Position numbers and translations under genes: made by a program
Part shown: piece after piece, positions 12,309 to 24,681 of the stretch
Layout: each line of letters begins with the position of its first letter
Position numbering within the stretch: the first letter of the stretch is position 1
The notes under the pieces: generated by a model
Database searches by the model: none
What the model was told of the DNA's origin: nothing
Seen by the model: only the letters and a program-made list of their open reading frames with translations
Assembly: GCA_020137815.1 (NCBI GenBank)
Contig: CM035350.1
Location: forward strand, 4,402,001 to 4,466,000
Direction of reading: 5' to 3'
Length of the DNA: 64,000 bases
DNA from: Hormiphora californensis
Taxonomy: Eukaryota > Animalia > Ctenophora

Positions 12309-12808
12309 CAGCTAACCTGTATCATCAGAGACAAAGATTTTTACAGTCTCGTGTCCACCTCCTGACCTGCCCAGAGTCTGACCGCTAGATGAACTCATGA
12401 TCTTAACAAGGAAAACAAAATGTTGCGGAGAGAGAATAACAATCAGATAGTGAACAAAAGTTGGCCTAAAGTCAGATTGCTTCCTCTCTCACTCTCTCCC
12501 TCTCTCACTCTCTCCCTCTCCATCTCTCTCGTCACCAGGGTAGGCTTGGGAAATTATGGATCAAAATATAAATTCACAATGACTCATTTCCTTCATCAGA
12601 TCTCTGATCTCTGTGTCTATCCGTCTCTAATTGTCGGAACTCCACCATTTTGGACAGTTTGAGAAAAAGGGAAGTGCAGGGATTACACAAAATTAGTGGC
12701 AACTTTTTCTGCTTTTCCGCAACTGCGTGTATAATGCGGCGATGTAACAGTTTAATTTGGACGGTAAATATCACTATCCTCCTTCAATATAATAATGGTT
12801 GCTCTAGA

Positions 12809-13713
12809 TCAAGATGTCACGGCTGGAAGTTGATCTTCATCAGTCAGGAGGATTTGAGACCCAAAAATCTGAGAGCCAACTGTGTTTCTGAATTCTTTAG
12901 GTAGGCGAATAACTTTAGCCTGTACTTGAAGGGCTTCTTTCCTTGTGTTTTGCTCCTGAAAAAAAAAGCAAATTTTGCTGGTTAGCACTCCCGTTCCATC
13001 GGGTAAAAAAATAACCGCAAGAATACTTCAAATATGCTGCAAAATGATTGCAAGGCGGGGTCACTAAGTTGTCACTAAGTTGCACCTTAAACTATCAAAA
13101 ATGACAGAAAAACGCTACCTCGCCCAAATAAATATCTTCCCAAGAACCTATCAGCTTATGAGGTATAACAGTTCAAGTTTAACAATTTCATAGTTGTCAA
13201 GCATCGCGCTGACAGTGAACTCAATTTGCACTGACTTGGGTGGGAAATAGCTGTAGGGATCGTTTCACATCTCGAACTAGCTCTTTCTTCTTGTACCCCT
13301 GAATTGGTATCGCTCTGCCGTTCTTGAACTTGGATGTGGTGTAACGCAGTTGCACCTACAGAACAAGTCATTATAATCAAAAAGGAGAAATCTGGGGAAG
13401 TCATTAAATATACGACGAGGAAGAGAGGGAACTAAAACGATCTGTCAATAAAGAGACGGGTTATAACCTGTATAAATACCTTGCAAAATCCTTCTAGCTC
13501 TCTGATTGGGGGTTGAGAGAGGAACTTGTGGGTGAAATAGTAACTGGAGTTGCACTCCATCTGATAGAATGCACTACCCCGGACCGTCAAATCCTGGCCA
13601 CCCCTAGAAGAGGAGGGGGTCCCCTGCGAGGAGGAGGAGGAGGAGGGCTGATCTGGTGACTCTGGAATTAGACATATCTCGGAGGCAGCAGAGTATAAAT
13701 CTTGAACCTTCAT
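12809..13713 (-). CDS. Putative small 3-exon gene, product unknown
   Basis: Three phase-0 compatible open exons with GT-AG borders: MKVQDLYSAA...FCK(VFIQ) / VQLRYTTSKFKNGRAIP...FPTQ / EQNTRKEALQ...LPAVTS*. No family recognised. Confidence 0.35.
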
Positions 13714-15281
13714 ATTGTCTGATCTGAACAAAGGAAAGTTTACATGTGATTAGTAACGGTGTAGTAATCTCCCTGTCTGGCCCCCAGACCACGTTTTGAT
13801 TTGACAGTGCTTTCCGGCTCAGCTCGGATCGGCGCCGCCAGACAGGTGATACATATATTACTGTTCAGTATTAGTGTTCAGTTACATGGCTGCTCCACAC
13901 ACCAAGAACTAAAATAAACGGTCATAAACACACTCTCCTAATAAACTGAACAGTGTCAAGGTTGCACTGTCAGTGTCAACAAATGTACCGCCCTTCAAAC
14001 ACTACAAATCCTGCATCTCAAAACATTTATATGGGACGCAGTGTCATAGACTCATCATATTCGTACACAAATTATAATCTCTATATTGCTTCACAAAGAC
14101 ATGATACAATGAGATATCGAGGGTGCTTGCAACTCACGGGGGAGGAGAATCATCGGAGCGATTCATTTTTTTAGAAACTTCCCGATACTTCCAAAAATAG
14201 AGTCCGAGCTATCACACAGCAGAATATAAAAGAGATCAATTAAAAGGATGGATATATGGTTTTTTAACATTTAATCTTACAAAGTGAGCGAGAAGGAGAA
14301 AGTGAGCGCAGTTATACTTTATAGAAGGCCCGACGAGAAAAGTTTAAAAGGAACAGAGACAGAAATACATGGTACCGCCAGTGCAGCGGCCAATATCAAA
14401 CGAGATAGAGCCGCGGATTTTGAGAGCAGTAAATCAATAGAACAAAAGGGAACCAGTTGGTACCGGCACTATGTGCGTGTTGGGTGTGTGTAATAGGATT
14501 TATGAAATGTGATATAGGTCACACAAACTCTCACATCCTTATGTATCCATCCCTGCACGTGAAATGTTTCCCCTTTTAATAACTTTGTGGTGATTGATAG
14601 AGTTTTTCGGATATATTCACATATGTTTTTTGCTTGCCAAAAGCTTTTTCACCACACTGAAGAGAGATTGCAGTGAACTAACCACAGGATAGAAGTATCC
14701 ACTAATTGTGGTCGGTAATATAGTGATGAATGTAGTTTGATTTATTGTATAGTTGTATAATTCACTTGGTAACATCTCGAGTCGTCTATGCCTGATGCCA
14801 CGAGCGACCACCACACAGGGATCACCCCCTCCACATGGTCAAATTGATATTATTAGAAGATTCCTTTCCATTCTGTTCACCACACAATCCTCTGACAAAC
14901 TGATGATGAGTTTAATTCGTTCTTCAGAAATGATTAACCCAAGCAACACATAAATTAAATAAGTCATCTTTGAATCCCAGTCCCCAATCCCTTGTCAGCG
15001 CTGGTCTCGACCGTGGGAAAAATATAGCGCGCACTTTCTCACGCTCCTGGATGGGAGGAGTTGTGTCGCGCACAAACATGTGTACTTTTTATTTTTACCA
15101 GACCCCGCGCCCTACGTTTACTAAAACAGGCCCAGACCAACGCCGACAAACTTTCTGAAACAAGCGGAAAATAGGTACACTGTGTTTGTGGTATATCAAA
15201 TAAAAATGCATATTTACATTGTTATCTTCACTCTCTCTTAGGTCAACAACGAGTTATTACCAACAAACAATAACAGTGTAA

Positions 15282-16228
15282 TAGTAGAGTCGATAAGAAC
15301 ACTCACCTCCTCCGATTTCAGTAAAACTTCTCACATGCTAAAATATGATAATGGAGGTACAAATACCGCTTATTTTAGGTCCAAAAAGTTTTTGGTTCGT
15401 TAATTATCGCTAATTGAAAAACGCCAAAAATGGGCTAAAATGGCCCTTAAGGTGGATTTGAAATTTTGGAGTTGGAACTCCAGACTTCGTACAGGTGTCC
15501 GCTAGGATGCCAATATGCACCACAGGCGGGCTCAGGCCTAAATTCGTCCGAATTTTTGCGTAAGACCGGATGGCGTAAATCTTGGTCACGTGACCTCGGC
15601 TAACTTCTGAACCGCTCAAGTAAGGGATGTTTATAACCTGCTTAATCGATGCAGAATATGATGAAAATGACACGTTTTGACATCATTTTTCATCCCAGAC
15701 GCACAGGAAAGACACAAATCGCCTTACAAAATTGACGCCATCTAGTCTCCCGCTCTTTTTTTGCAAAACTCTAACTTCTGAACCGTTGAAGTAAGGGAGG
15801 TTAATAGCCTGCTTAATCGATGCAGAAAGAAAAATAAATGAGAGGAAATGGCCTTATTTTTCATCTCCGGCGTGCAGGAAAGGCACAAATAGCAAAAAAC
15901 TGATTTTTTGCCCAAATCACGTGACCAAAATTCACGCCATCCGGCCTTACGCAAAAATTCGGACGAATTTAGGCCTGAGCCCGCCTGTGGTGCATATTGG
16001 CATCCTAGCGGACACCTGTACGAAGTCTGGAGTTCCAACTCCAAAATTTCAAATCCACCTTAAGGGCCATTTTAGCCCATTTTTGGCGTTTTTCAATTAG
16101 CGATAATTAACGAACCAAAAGTTTTTCGGACCTAAAATAAGCGGTATTTGTACCTCCATTATCATATGTTAGCATGTGAGAAGTTTCACTGAAATCGGAG
16201 GAGGTGAGTGTTCTTATCGACTCTACTA
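15282..16228. mobile_element. Fold-back MITE with near-perfect TIRs of about 330 bp
   Basis: tagtagagtcgataagaacactcacctcc... / ...ggaggtgagtgttcttatcgactctacta. Flanked by TAA on both sides (PIF/Harbinger-like); a TA TSD reading is also possible. Internal direct duplication at ~15600-15720 and ~15770-15890. Confidence 0.85.
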
Positions 16229-16554
16229 TAAACTCTTTGGCGTGTCACGCGGTTATAGGGTCACATACTTTATAGTAGAAAATAAACTTAGGATGCGGAT
16301 TGGGGTTCTCTTTATCTCTCTTTTTTTCAACAAAAACATTATCAATCACGGGAAGTGATGTGTAGAAAAGTGTAGCGGGGGATAAAAATCTTCAAAAAAG
16401 AAAAACAACACACACAAACATGACACCAATCACTTCAATCAAACCATGAATTATTTTCTCTCTCCCACTCTCTCTCTCCCTCTCTTTCTTTCTTTCTCTC
16501 TCTCTCTCTCTCTCTCAACACGATACTTTTTGTCCAACTAACTATCTCCCCTCG

Positions 16555-18947
16555 TCACCAATAAAGTGACTTGCTGATGTAGCTCCCAATGCCTCCAAGC
16601 CAGCCACCAGCGTTGTCGTTATCTGTCTCTCCCATCTTACGGACCCTCTGAGGGGGAGGGATGTTAGAAAACTAGGAAGTGTAGTAGGGGATATATTTCA
16701 ACATGCTAAAATCATTAAAACACATGCTTTGTAAAACGTAACAAGACACAATCAAGTATCGACAGTGGCAGAAGTGATAAGCTATGATTTAATAGGTACA
16801 ATGTAATTACAAGTGTACACACGACTAGACAGGTCATATCATCGCGTCACTGCTGCTGCAGTGTACTATCATACAACATTTATACAGCATTTATAATGGT
16901 ACACTGATTTGTTCAGCTAATTATCAGCAGTATTTGGGTACGGTACCTGGACTGAGTAACTACTTGAGCCTCCCTGAAAATACAATGTACAGATTTAGAT
17001 TGGGTGATCAGCAATACATCTTTATACGCACAGTCATCTCACATGTCCATACAGCCATCTCACATGTTCAGACATTTCTTGCATTTTCTGGCATATTATT
17101 GCATATCTCACACAGAGGGAGGGGAATCAATCGGTCATTGTCTCCAGCTTGTTTCACGTGGCTTGTTTTGATATTCTTCTCACAAATTCTTGATTCATTC
17201 TTTCTCTCTCTCTCACACAAGTATGCATTCCGCCCAAATTCCAGCGCTTAACTTTTTCTATCGTACAGTTCTCACCGTCACAATTCCATACAACACTCTC
17301 TTTCTCTTCACTCTTCCGTAGTTATTTTGTGTGTCTTCCGCAAATGTGTTCCTCTCTCGGCACACACAAATTACACATCCCTACTACTACACATACACAC
17401 AGCTACATGTGATAATAATACACAGTAGTATATTTAGCAACTAAGTACACTACCACCCCACTATATGTACAGCTATAGTGCACTGTATCAGTCACATACA
17501 CATCCACTAACTAATGCAATGCACTACACTCCTACTGCAGCCGACTAGAGGATATGTGGGTGTGTGTTCAGTGTTGACAGAATGAGAGAAGTGTCATACA
17601 TACATTACAACACACCGTCAGGACACCGTCAAGTTGGGCACTTTGCCAGCGCTCTGAAGTTTCACATTCTCACTGTTACCCACACACACACTGTACATAT
17701 ATACTGCAAAACACACGGTATTGGCGGAGCAATCAACCAATTAACGAACTGTATAATGGTGTCATGCAGTGACCAATGTATTTTGAGTGTGTGGCGGAAA
17801 ATAACCCGTGAGAGACGGTGAGGAAGTGGGGGTATAATAAGTGAAGTACAAAATGGGGAAAATTAGTAGGATGATTATTTCTATGCCAACTCACACATAC
17901 ACTTATGGAAGATGGTAAAGAAAAAGAAAAAGAAAAAGAAGAAGATATCTTGTTATCACACACACAGTTTTTTGTTGTGCTTTATCTTCTTGGAAAACAC
18001 ACACTTTTTCAAAACCCCTCGCATGCAAACACAAAGTTCTGCTATTAGTCACACACACTAAACACACACATATTTTGGAGATCTCCAAATGCACTCAGAC
18101 ACACAACCACTCCAATGCTCTCTCTCTCTCTCTCTCACGACTATCATGGGGCCCAGACATTTTCAAACTTTCTCACAAAAAGGCTTTCTTTACTTTGGAA
18201 CTCTCAGGAAGGAAAACACGCACTGTAAACACACACTTTAACACACTTACCTTTCCCTGCATATCGTAGTCATCTTCGTCTTCTGGTAGGTAATCCGGGT
18301 AGTCGGGCATATTCTGAAATAAAGAAGAGAGTTGGAGAGAGGGAGGACGAGAGATGTGGGAGTAAGAGAGATGTGGATACTAAAACGTTATCCTCCAGGG
18401 GGCGAAGAAATGGTAAAATGTGGTAGAGATAGAACTGCAATGAAACTGAAGAATACACTCGTCAAACATACTTCTTGATCGTATTCATCGCCATATTTGA
18501 TAGAGATCTCCTCTCCAGCCTCATTCTTTACGATTTGTGAGGCGGATATAGTTTTCACCTTATTAATCTGGTTTATCACACGCTGAAACAAGAGATGGAG
18601 TTTGAGGGGGTGCTTCAGAGGGGGGGGGTCATGTTACAAAGGAGATGCCAAGCAAACCCCATTGCCAAAGTCCAAATCAGCACTTTATCTAGCCCATTAT
18701 ATTGTCGCCCTGAAACACGCATTATAACCCCCTACCACCCATGATAACCCTCGATATTTATCATGTACTCACCTCTGCTGTAATATCTGCCCGAGTTCTG
18801 ATGGTGTAACGACGTTTCAATTTATCAAATGTAAAACTGATAATTCCCCTGATTTTCAACAGCTCGTCTTTGATTGAGTCTTCTGTCGTGGGAGTAAAGG
18901 TTCCAGCAATGTCGGCAATATACACCTGATACACAGTGTGTTAGAAG

Positions 18948-19032
<85 letters not shown>

Positions 19033-20061
19033 CTGTGAGACATTTTCAGAACAATACAATAAACCATGGGAACAAAAGATAGATCAACTACTGTAGTGTG
19101 TGTATTCTGTGTCTGGTGTGGGTGTTACACCCAGACACAGAATACACACACACGTCTAGTCGAGGTGTATCACTATTTTACTACTTGGTCCTTACCCTTG
19201 CATTTTTGTTGCCCTGTCCAAGAAAGAAAGCTCCCCGTCCTGTTGCGCTAGGTACACCCTTCACACTAGGAATGAATCTGTTTCACATCAGCAGGACAAA
19301 CAGACACAGTAATCAGTATTATACACAGGAAAAGAAATGAGAGGCAAAAAGCGGTGTGTTTTGGGATATAAAAGCGGGTTCAGTGATTCAGGCTTCATTA
19401 GAATCTCTTGCACTCATACATACGCACACACACACACACACATACAATCGCACAGGGAAAGAGAAAAAAGTGCACTTGCTTGTATTTTAAAGGGTAGATT
19501 AAGAAAAAAGTGTACAAGTATAGCTGACTCTCTCACCTTGGTGTACTAGGACCCGCAATCCTGGATTACATGTGTTATGTTTCCTGATTATATAGAGAGA
19601 GATACAATTTTACCCTCCCTAGAATTGGAATACTTACACTGGCGACCCGGTGGTTTTGGCTTGTTTGGCAGCCCTTGCAGGAACCAGGGTGTTGTGTATC
19701 TCCTCGGCAGCTCGCACAATCTCTGCATTCTCGTGACTGGACAATGTCTAAAGGGTGGTAATTTGTTTAGCAGCAGTTAGTTGGATACGAATATGACTGA
19801 CTCTACTTCGGAAAAAAGGAACTGACTACTGACCTGAAGACTTGGAATCATTCCCATGTGGTTCTTCATGTAAGGGCGGTTAGGGGAGTAGATGGTGAGA
19901 TATTTCAGTGCTTCTAAAGATGTCAGTATTATGACAGGGTCATCATTTCCCAGACACAGCACGAGCCCGGACAGTGAGGCCTCATCTTTAGCAATGGCCG
20001 ACCTATTCTGGGGGTCTTTGGACAGGTCTCGTAACCGTGTTACAATAGCGTGAACATCCAT
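16555..20061 (-). CDS. ARMC1: Armadillo repeat-containing protein 1
   Basis: Exon 20061-19834 (IVTRLRDLSKDPQNRSAIAKD...LEALKYL...NRPYMKNHMGMIPSLQ). Later exons give FFLGQGNKNAR, LLKIRGIISFTF, PDYLPEDE and the terminal GWLGGIGSYISKSLYW*, all matching ARMC1. Confidence 0.9.
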
Positions 20062-20607
20062 ATCTAAAGATAATGATCATTTGGCTAGAAAACTTGGTAA
20101 TAACAATAACATTATACATATTTAAATCGCTTTTGAGCTATATTAACGAATGCACGACAGTTTTATAGCGAATTCGGGACCAGTGAAACAGTGTATTTAA
20201 GGCCCCAGTTAGAGATTCGACTACTGGCGCCAGTTTCTTGATGCCAGAGATTCACTCTGCTGCTGACACTGCACACGGCGCCTACTTTCAATGCAATTTA
20301 CATCGAAATTCCTGCTAGTCATCGAAGATGTGGAACACAGCATGGTTCATCAAGGGTCTCCCAGCTAACTACTGGTGTCAGTTTCCTGCAGCCTGGTGTC
20401 GGTTTCCAAGCTGCAACTGGAGCGTAAAGAACTTGACTCATACAATTCACTGTCACATCCTCAATAAATAGTATAATGCTATTCTCGATCAGCGTCCTCT
20501 CGATAGTAGCGAGCTTTCTAAACGCCTCATCGCTGAAATAACAGACACTCGTCCTCGTCAGGCGTCGTCATAGATAATCACTGCGTCGTCATAGATAATC
20601 ACTGGCC

Positions 20608-20700
20608 TGGAATTTACTTCCACTGTCTCTAAGAGAAATATGCAACCCTTCACTTTTTTCCATTAAACTCAAGAACCACATGCTAGAACATGGAGTAACA
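20608..20700 (+). mobile_element. Short 3' remnant of a CR1/L2-type LINE
   Basis: Translates as WNLLPLSLREICNPSLFSIKLKNHML, the WN.LP...FK..LK C-terminal motif. Confidence 0.5.
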
Positions 20701-21049
20701 TAAAATATCTTCTACTACAGCTGTATCTCTATTACTAGCCCTCCAATCCTAGATTTAAGGAAAGTACAGCTGTGAAGCACTTTGCTGCACTCTCTTTCTC
20801 TCTCCCTCCCTCACTCTCGCTCTCTCTCTCTCTCTCTCCCTCATTCTCCCCTTCTCTCAAAACCTCTCTAATATATCTCTCCCTCCTGCACTCTTTCTAC
20901 TTCCTAAAACACTCTCTCCAGCATGACTATATGACGTGACTCACCGACAGGACAAAATAATCTAAAATACACAAAAATAAAATTTAATAAATCAATACCT
21001 CTAATTTATTAACTAATTTATTATCTACATTACCCTATAAATTGATTTA

Positions 21050-22270
21050 GTGTGACTCTGCGGCGTAAGCGTCTAATTAGACCTGCCTCTAATCTGCTCT
21101 ATATACAGGGACTTATATTATATATTTATATTTTTATGTGTGCTACTTTTCCTGTATATGTTGCAAATCCATATAATAATTTCCAAAATGTTAGTCCGAT
21201 AATTGTTTTCTCCCTACTCCTCCTACAGTTTTTGAGCTAGACCCCTGAAAATTTGTACACTGGTACTTTGGACCAAGGCGGGTGTAAGTACGGGCTCAGA
21301 TTTTTGATCCGATCTTTACAACAGTGACGTCACGGGGTGACGTCATTGCGACAAAAAGACTTACATTTTTCAAACGCTTCTAAGACCCTGAAAACGGCTC
21401 TAAATCAAAAAACTAACGCGATAGTGGGGAAAGAGAATCGTTTGAACTTCATTTTACTTGATCGCGATTTCCCGTAACTCAATGTTTAAGGGTCGTAAAT
21501 CGCGTCGGGAAAGTTAAAAATGCCAAAAATACGATATTTTTCACCGTAGCCACCCAAAATCTTATCCAATCGATATGAAACTTGTTCGGTATGTGAATTT
21601 TAATGTCCTTTGGCCAGGGGTTCCCGGAAAACGGATTGGCAAGATGAGAACTGACCGGAGTTCTTATAATTCACGAATTTGGAATTTTTCGTCGACTTTT
21701 TTTTGGCGACATATAACGCGAACGAGAGGAAATTTTCAATGAATTTTAAAATTTTACACTGCGCGCGTAATTTTAGGTTTCGCGCGCGGCGTAAAAAAGC
21801 AGCGCTTTTTTGGGGAAATTCGCGCGTTACAGTAAACGATTTACCCGCCTCGCCAAAATTGTAATGGCCGTTTTTTCGAAAACCCAATGTGTATCATGAT
21901 AGTAGGATTGGTTAGATCACCACGTGGTTAAAAACGCCTGCCACCCCTTTTTGCGCATTGTCATAGCTCCTCGAGGTCGCATCCAATCAAGAAATGTCCC
22001 TCAAGTTTTCGCTTCTCCTTGAGGAGATCTACAGGTTTGATGAAGGTCACTTTTGGATTGGATGCGAAATGAAGCCTTGAGAGTAACCTGAGATTAGGGT
22101 GGCGCGCGACTTTCTGCACGTACTGATCTAACCGCTCCTACTGTGAGACTGAGAGACTCGAACAAACAAATTATATTTAAAAAATCAAACACAAATGCAA
22201 TGTCACCGGTTATATGAGGATAAATTACCATTTACCAGGTCACGGGTTCCCAGCAAACGGGTACTCTAGT
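21050..22270 (+). mobile_element. Probable non-autonomous Helitron/Helentron-like element
   Basis: CG-rich non-coding block ending gggttcccagcaaacgggtactCTAG|tt, with no TIR or TSD. A second CTAG-ending block lies at ~22315-22609. The 5' boundary is approximate. Confidence 0.35.
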
Positions 22271-22814
22271 TAGTTTAAAATCAAAATCAAATGTGACCAT
22301 CCCCTCCCCCAAGCCGTACGTGCCAGAAAGCAGTAATAACTTTTTCTAGTTTTTAACCAAAAATGGCGATCTGCGACTCCCATAGCGAGGCCCCCACTGC
22401 ACCTTATGACACCATGCAGTTGCAATATGGTTCTTCAATTGCCAAAAGGTTTAAATCGCCTCCTCATCGGCTACACCTCGAAAATCGGTGTCGGGTGTAG
22501 TGAGGGTACCTCAGGGGCATTGCTGATAGACCACCAACGAGGGGGTACTCGTGTGTTCATGGAAACTCCTTGTTGGACTATGCACTGAGCCGGGGCACGG
22601 ACTTCTAGTTGTATTTTGTAAAACCGAATGAGTTCGGAGAGGCTGAAGCGTTTGTATATAATGTGGATGTCTCGACATGACTGGTCAAATTATTTTAAAG
22701 ATTGAAGATATAAACCAATTAAACCATCGGCCGCACTGGTCGGTTCAATTTCAGTTAGCCCAGCCTGGGGGCTGGGCTCCAGGCCAAAAACGTCCCTTAC
22801 GCCCTCACCGGGGC

Positions 22815-23350
22815 TGCACGGGATAAGGCAGCGCTTTTCAACGCCCCTTGGCGAACGCCGCTGGCCCCCGATAGGGATAAGGCAGCGCTTTTCAAACCTT
22901 CAGGCCGAAGGGTTTCCAATTTTCGGCGAAAACGGAAAAGAGAAAAATTAAAAACTCGACGCGATGAAATCTTTAATTATTAAATGTGCGCGGCGCAGAG
23001 AACGCGCAAATAATTCACGCGCGGTTTACTTTGTCATCTTAGCACCCGTGTCGATAGTTTTGTACAATTAAATGTACAAGTTTTATGCCCTTTTTTATGC
23101 CCTGTTTTTCCCCTGGTTTATACTCCATTTTTTTTCAACTGTTCACCCCCCAAAGTCGTGCGCGGAATTGTTTTGCGCGTCTATCACATGTTAACGTGTA
23201 GCGCGCGCAGCGTAAATTAAAATATCGCACGCGCACGAGTTGGAGGGTGAACAGTTGAATAAAAATGGACTTTACACAAAGTTTATTTCTGCGATATCTC
23301 GGGTTCCTTATAAGATGGAAACTTCATTTTGGATGCATTGGAAATCGGAA
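22815..23350 (+). repeat. Dispersed repeat family containing gggataaggcagcgcttttcaa (other copies at ~32220-32640 + and ~49300-49700 -)
   Basis: Motif at 22820, 22874 and 32247, and in reverse complement at ~49643, each followed by an AT-rich/CGCG-rich body. Confidence 0.6.
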
Positions 23351-23734
23351 ACAATTAGGATTCCCACTTCCCAGGGAGATCAGAGATGTCCATTGTCCAT
23401 ATCAGATTGAGGGAGAAGATATATTTAGACATTGAATTGGGTGAAAAGAGATTCTGAGAGATGATGACTGGTGCTACACAGATACTCGGGTGCACACTTT
23501 CAAAAGAGGGAGCAGTGCTCCGAACACTGAATAGGAAACGGCTTGTTTTGTTCAAAGGGCCGAGCAAGAAAACGTTGTGTATGGCTATCAATAATCATTA
23601 TCACATGGGGAGGGGGTGGGAACATTGGGAACAAGGCCAAAAAAGCCATATCAATCCCGGATCTTAGGGCCATGAATAGCCAAAAATTATCGGGGGTAAA
23701 AATGCCAAAAAGGCCGAGAAAGCCAGATCAAAAA

Positions 23735-24106
23735 GGTAGGCGGTAAATGTTAACCAAATCTGAGAGAAAACGTACGTGCAAAACCACGTTTTTGTCCATA
23801 ACTCAGTCATTTCTTGACCAATTTGCAAAATCTTGGGTGCGTTGGAAAGAGGACATTGAGCTCTTTCAAATGAGCCCAATAAAACTAAAATCGGCGCAAA
23901 ATGCGCGGCGTCATGGCGCAAAATGCGCGTTTTCGCCACCACGCCGCGCAATTTGCGCCAATTTTCATTTTCTTGAGCTCATTTGAAAGATCTCAATGTC
24001 CTCTTTCCAATGAGCCAAAGATTTTGCAAATTGGTCAAGAAATGGCTGAGTTATGGGCAAAAACGTGCGAAATTCTCTCAAATCTGGTTAACATTTACCG
24101 CCTACC
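23735..24106. mobile_element. 372-bp Mutator-like MITE
   Basis: TIRs ggtaggcggtaaatgttaacca... / ...tggttaacatttaccgcctacc, nearly the whole element folds back; 9-bp TSD gatcaaaaa (23726-23734 and 24107-24115). Confidence 0.9.
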
Positions 24107-24681
24107 GATCAAAAAAGCCAGATCATAAAAAGACAGTGGATCAGAGTGTGTGTAGTGATAGGGAGCTTCAGCTAGTACACGGGCATAGGGGCCTAGAAAT
24201 AGAGATACGAGACCACGGGAGGCAAGGGTCTTTTTGGCTGAAATTGAAGGTCAACGAGGTGGAGTTGGGCGGTACTATGCTAGGCACAGCTGTAAGGACA
24301 GTAACTCGCCCTTTAATTATTGACAGTTGGTGACCGGATAATATCGGGCGGATATCGACTAGGGGAAGTTGGCTGATAGGAAACTCATTTGGGATATATG
24401 AGCAGGGTATCAAACTTTTAGTGGAGATGAGAGGGCCAGGGATCTGTAAAAGGGGCTTGGAATTAGGGACTTATGAATTACGAATTAGGGATAGTTGTGG
24501 AAAGGCCAAGGTTGTTGAGTACTCCTTACTCAACAACCTTTACGAGTAAGACCAAGTTAGCAATTAAAACAGATCAGATATCGGAGGACAAATGAATTTT
24601 AATACACTTTTTACAATCATATCACTTGGTATACTGCCTCAACAAATATAATCAAACGTCACACTTTATTTCATATTCTCA

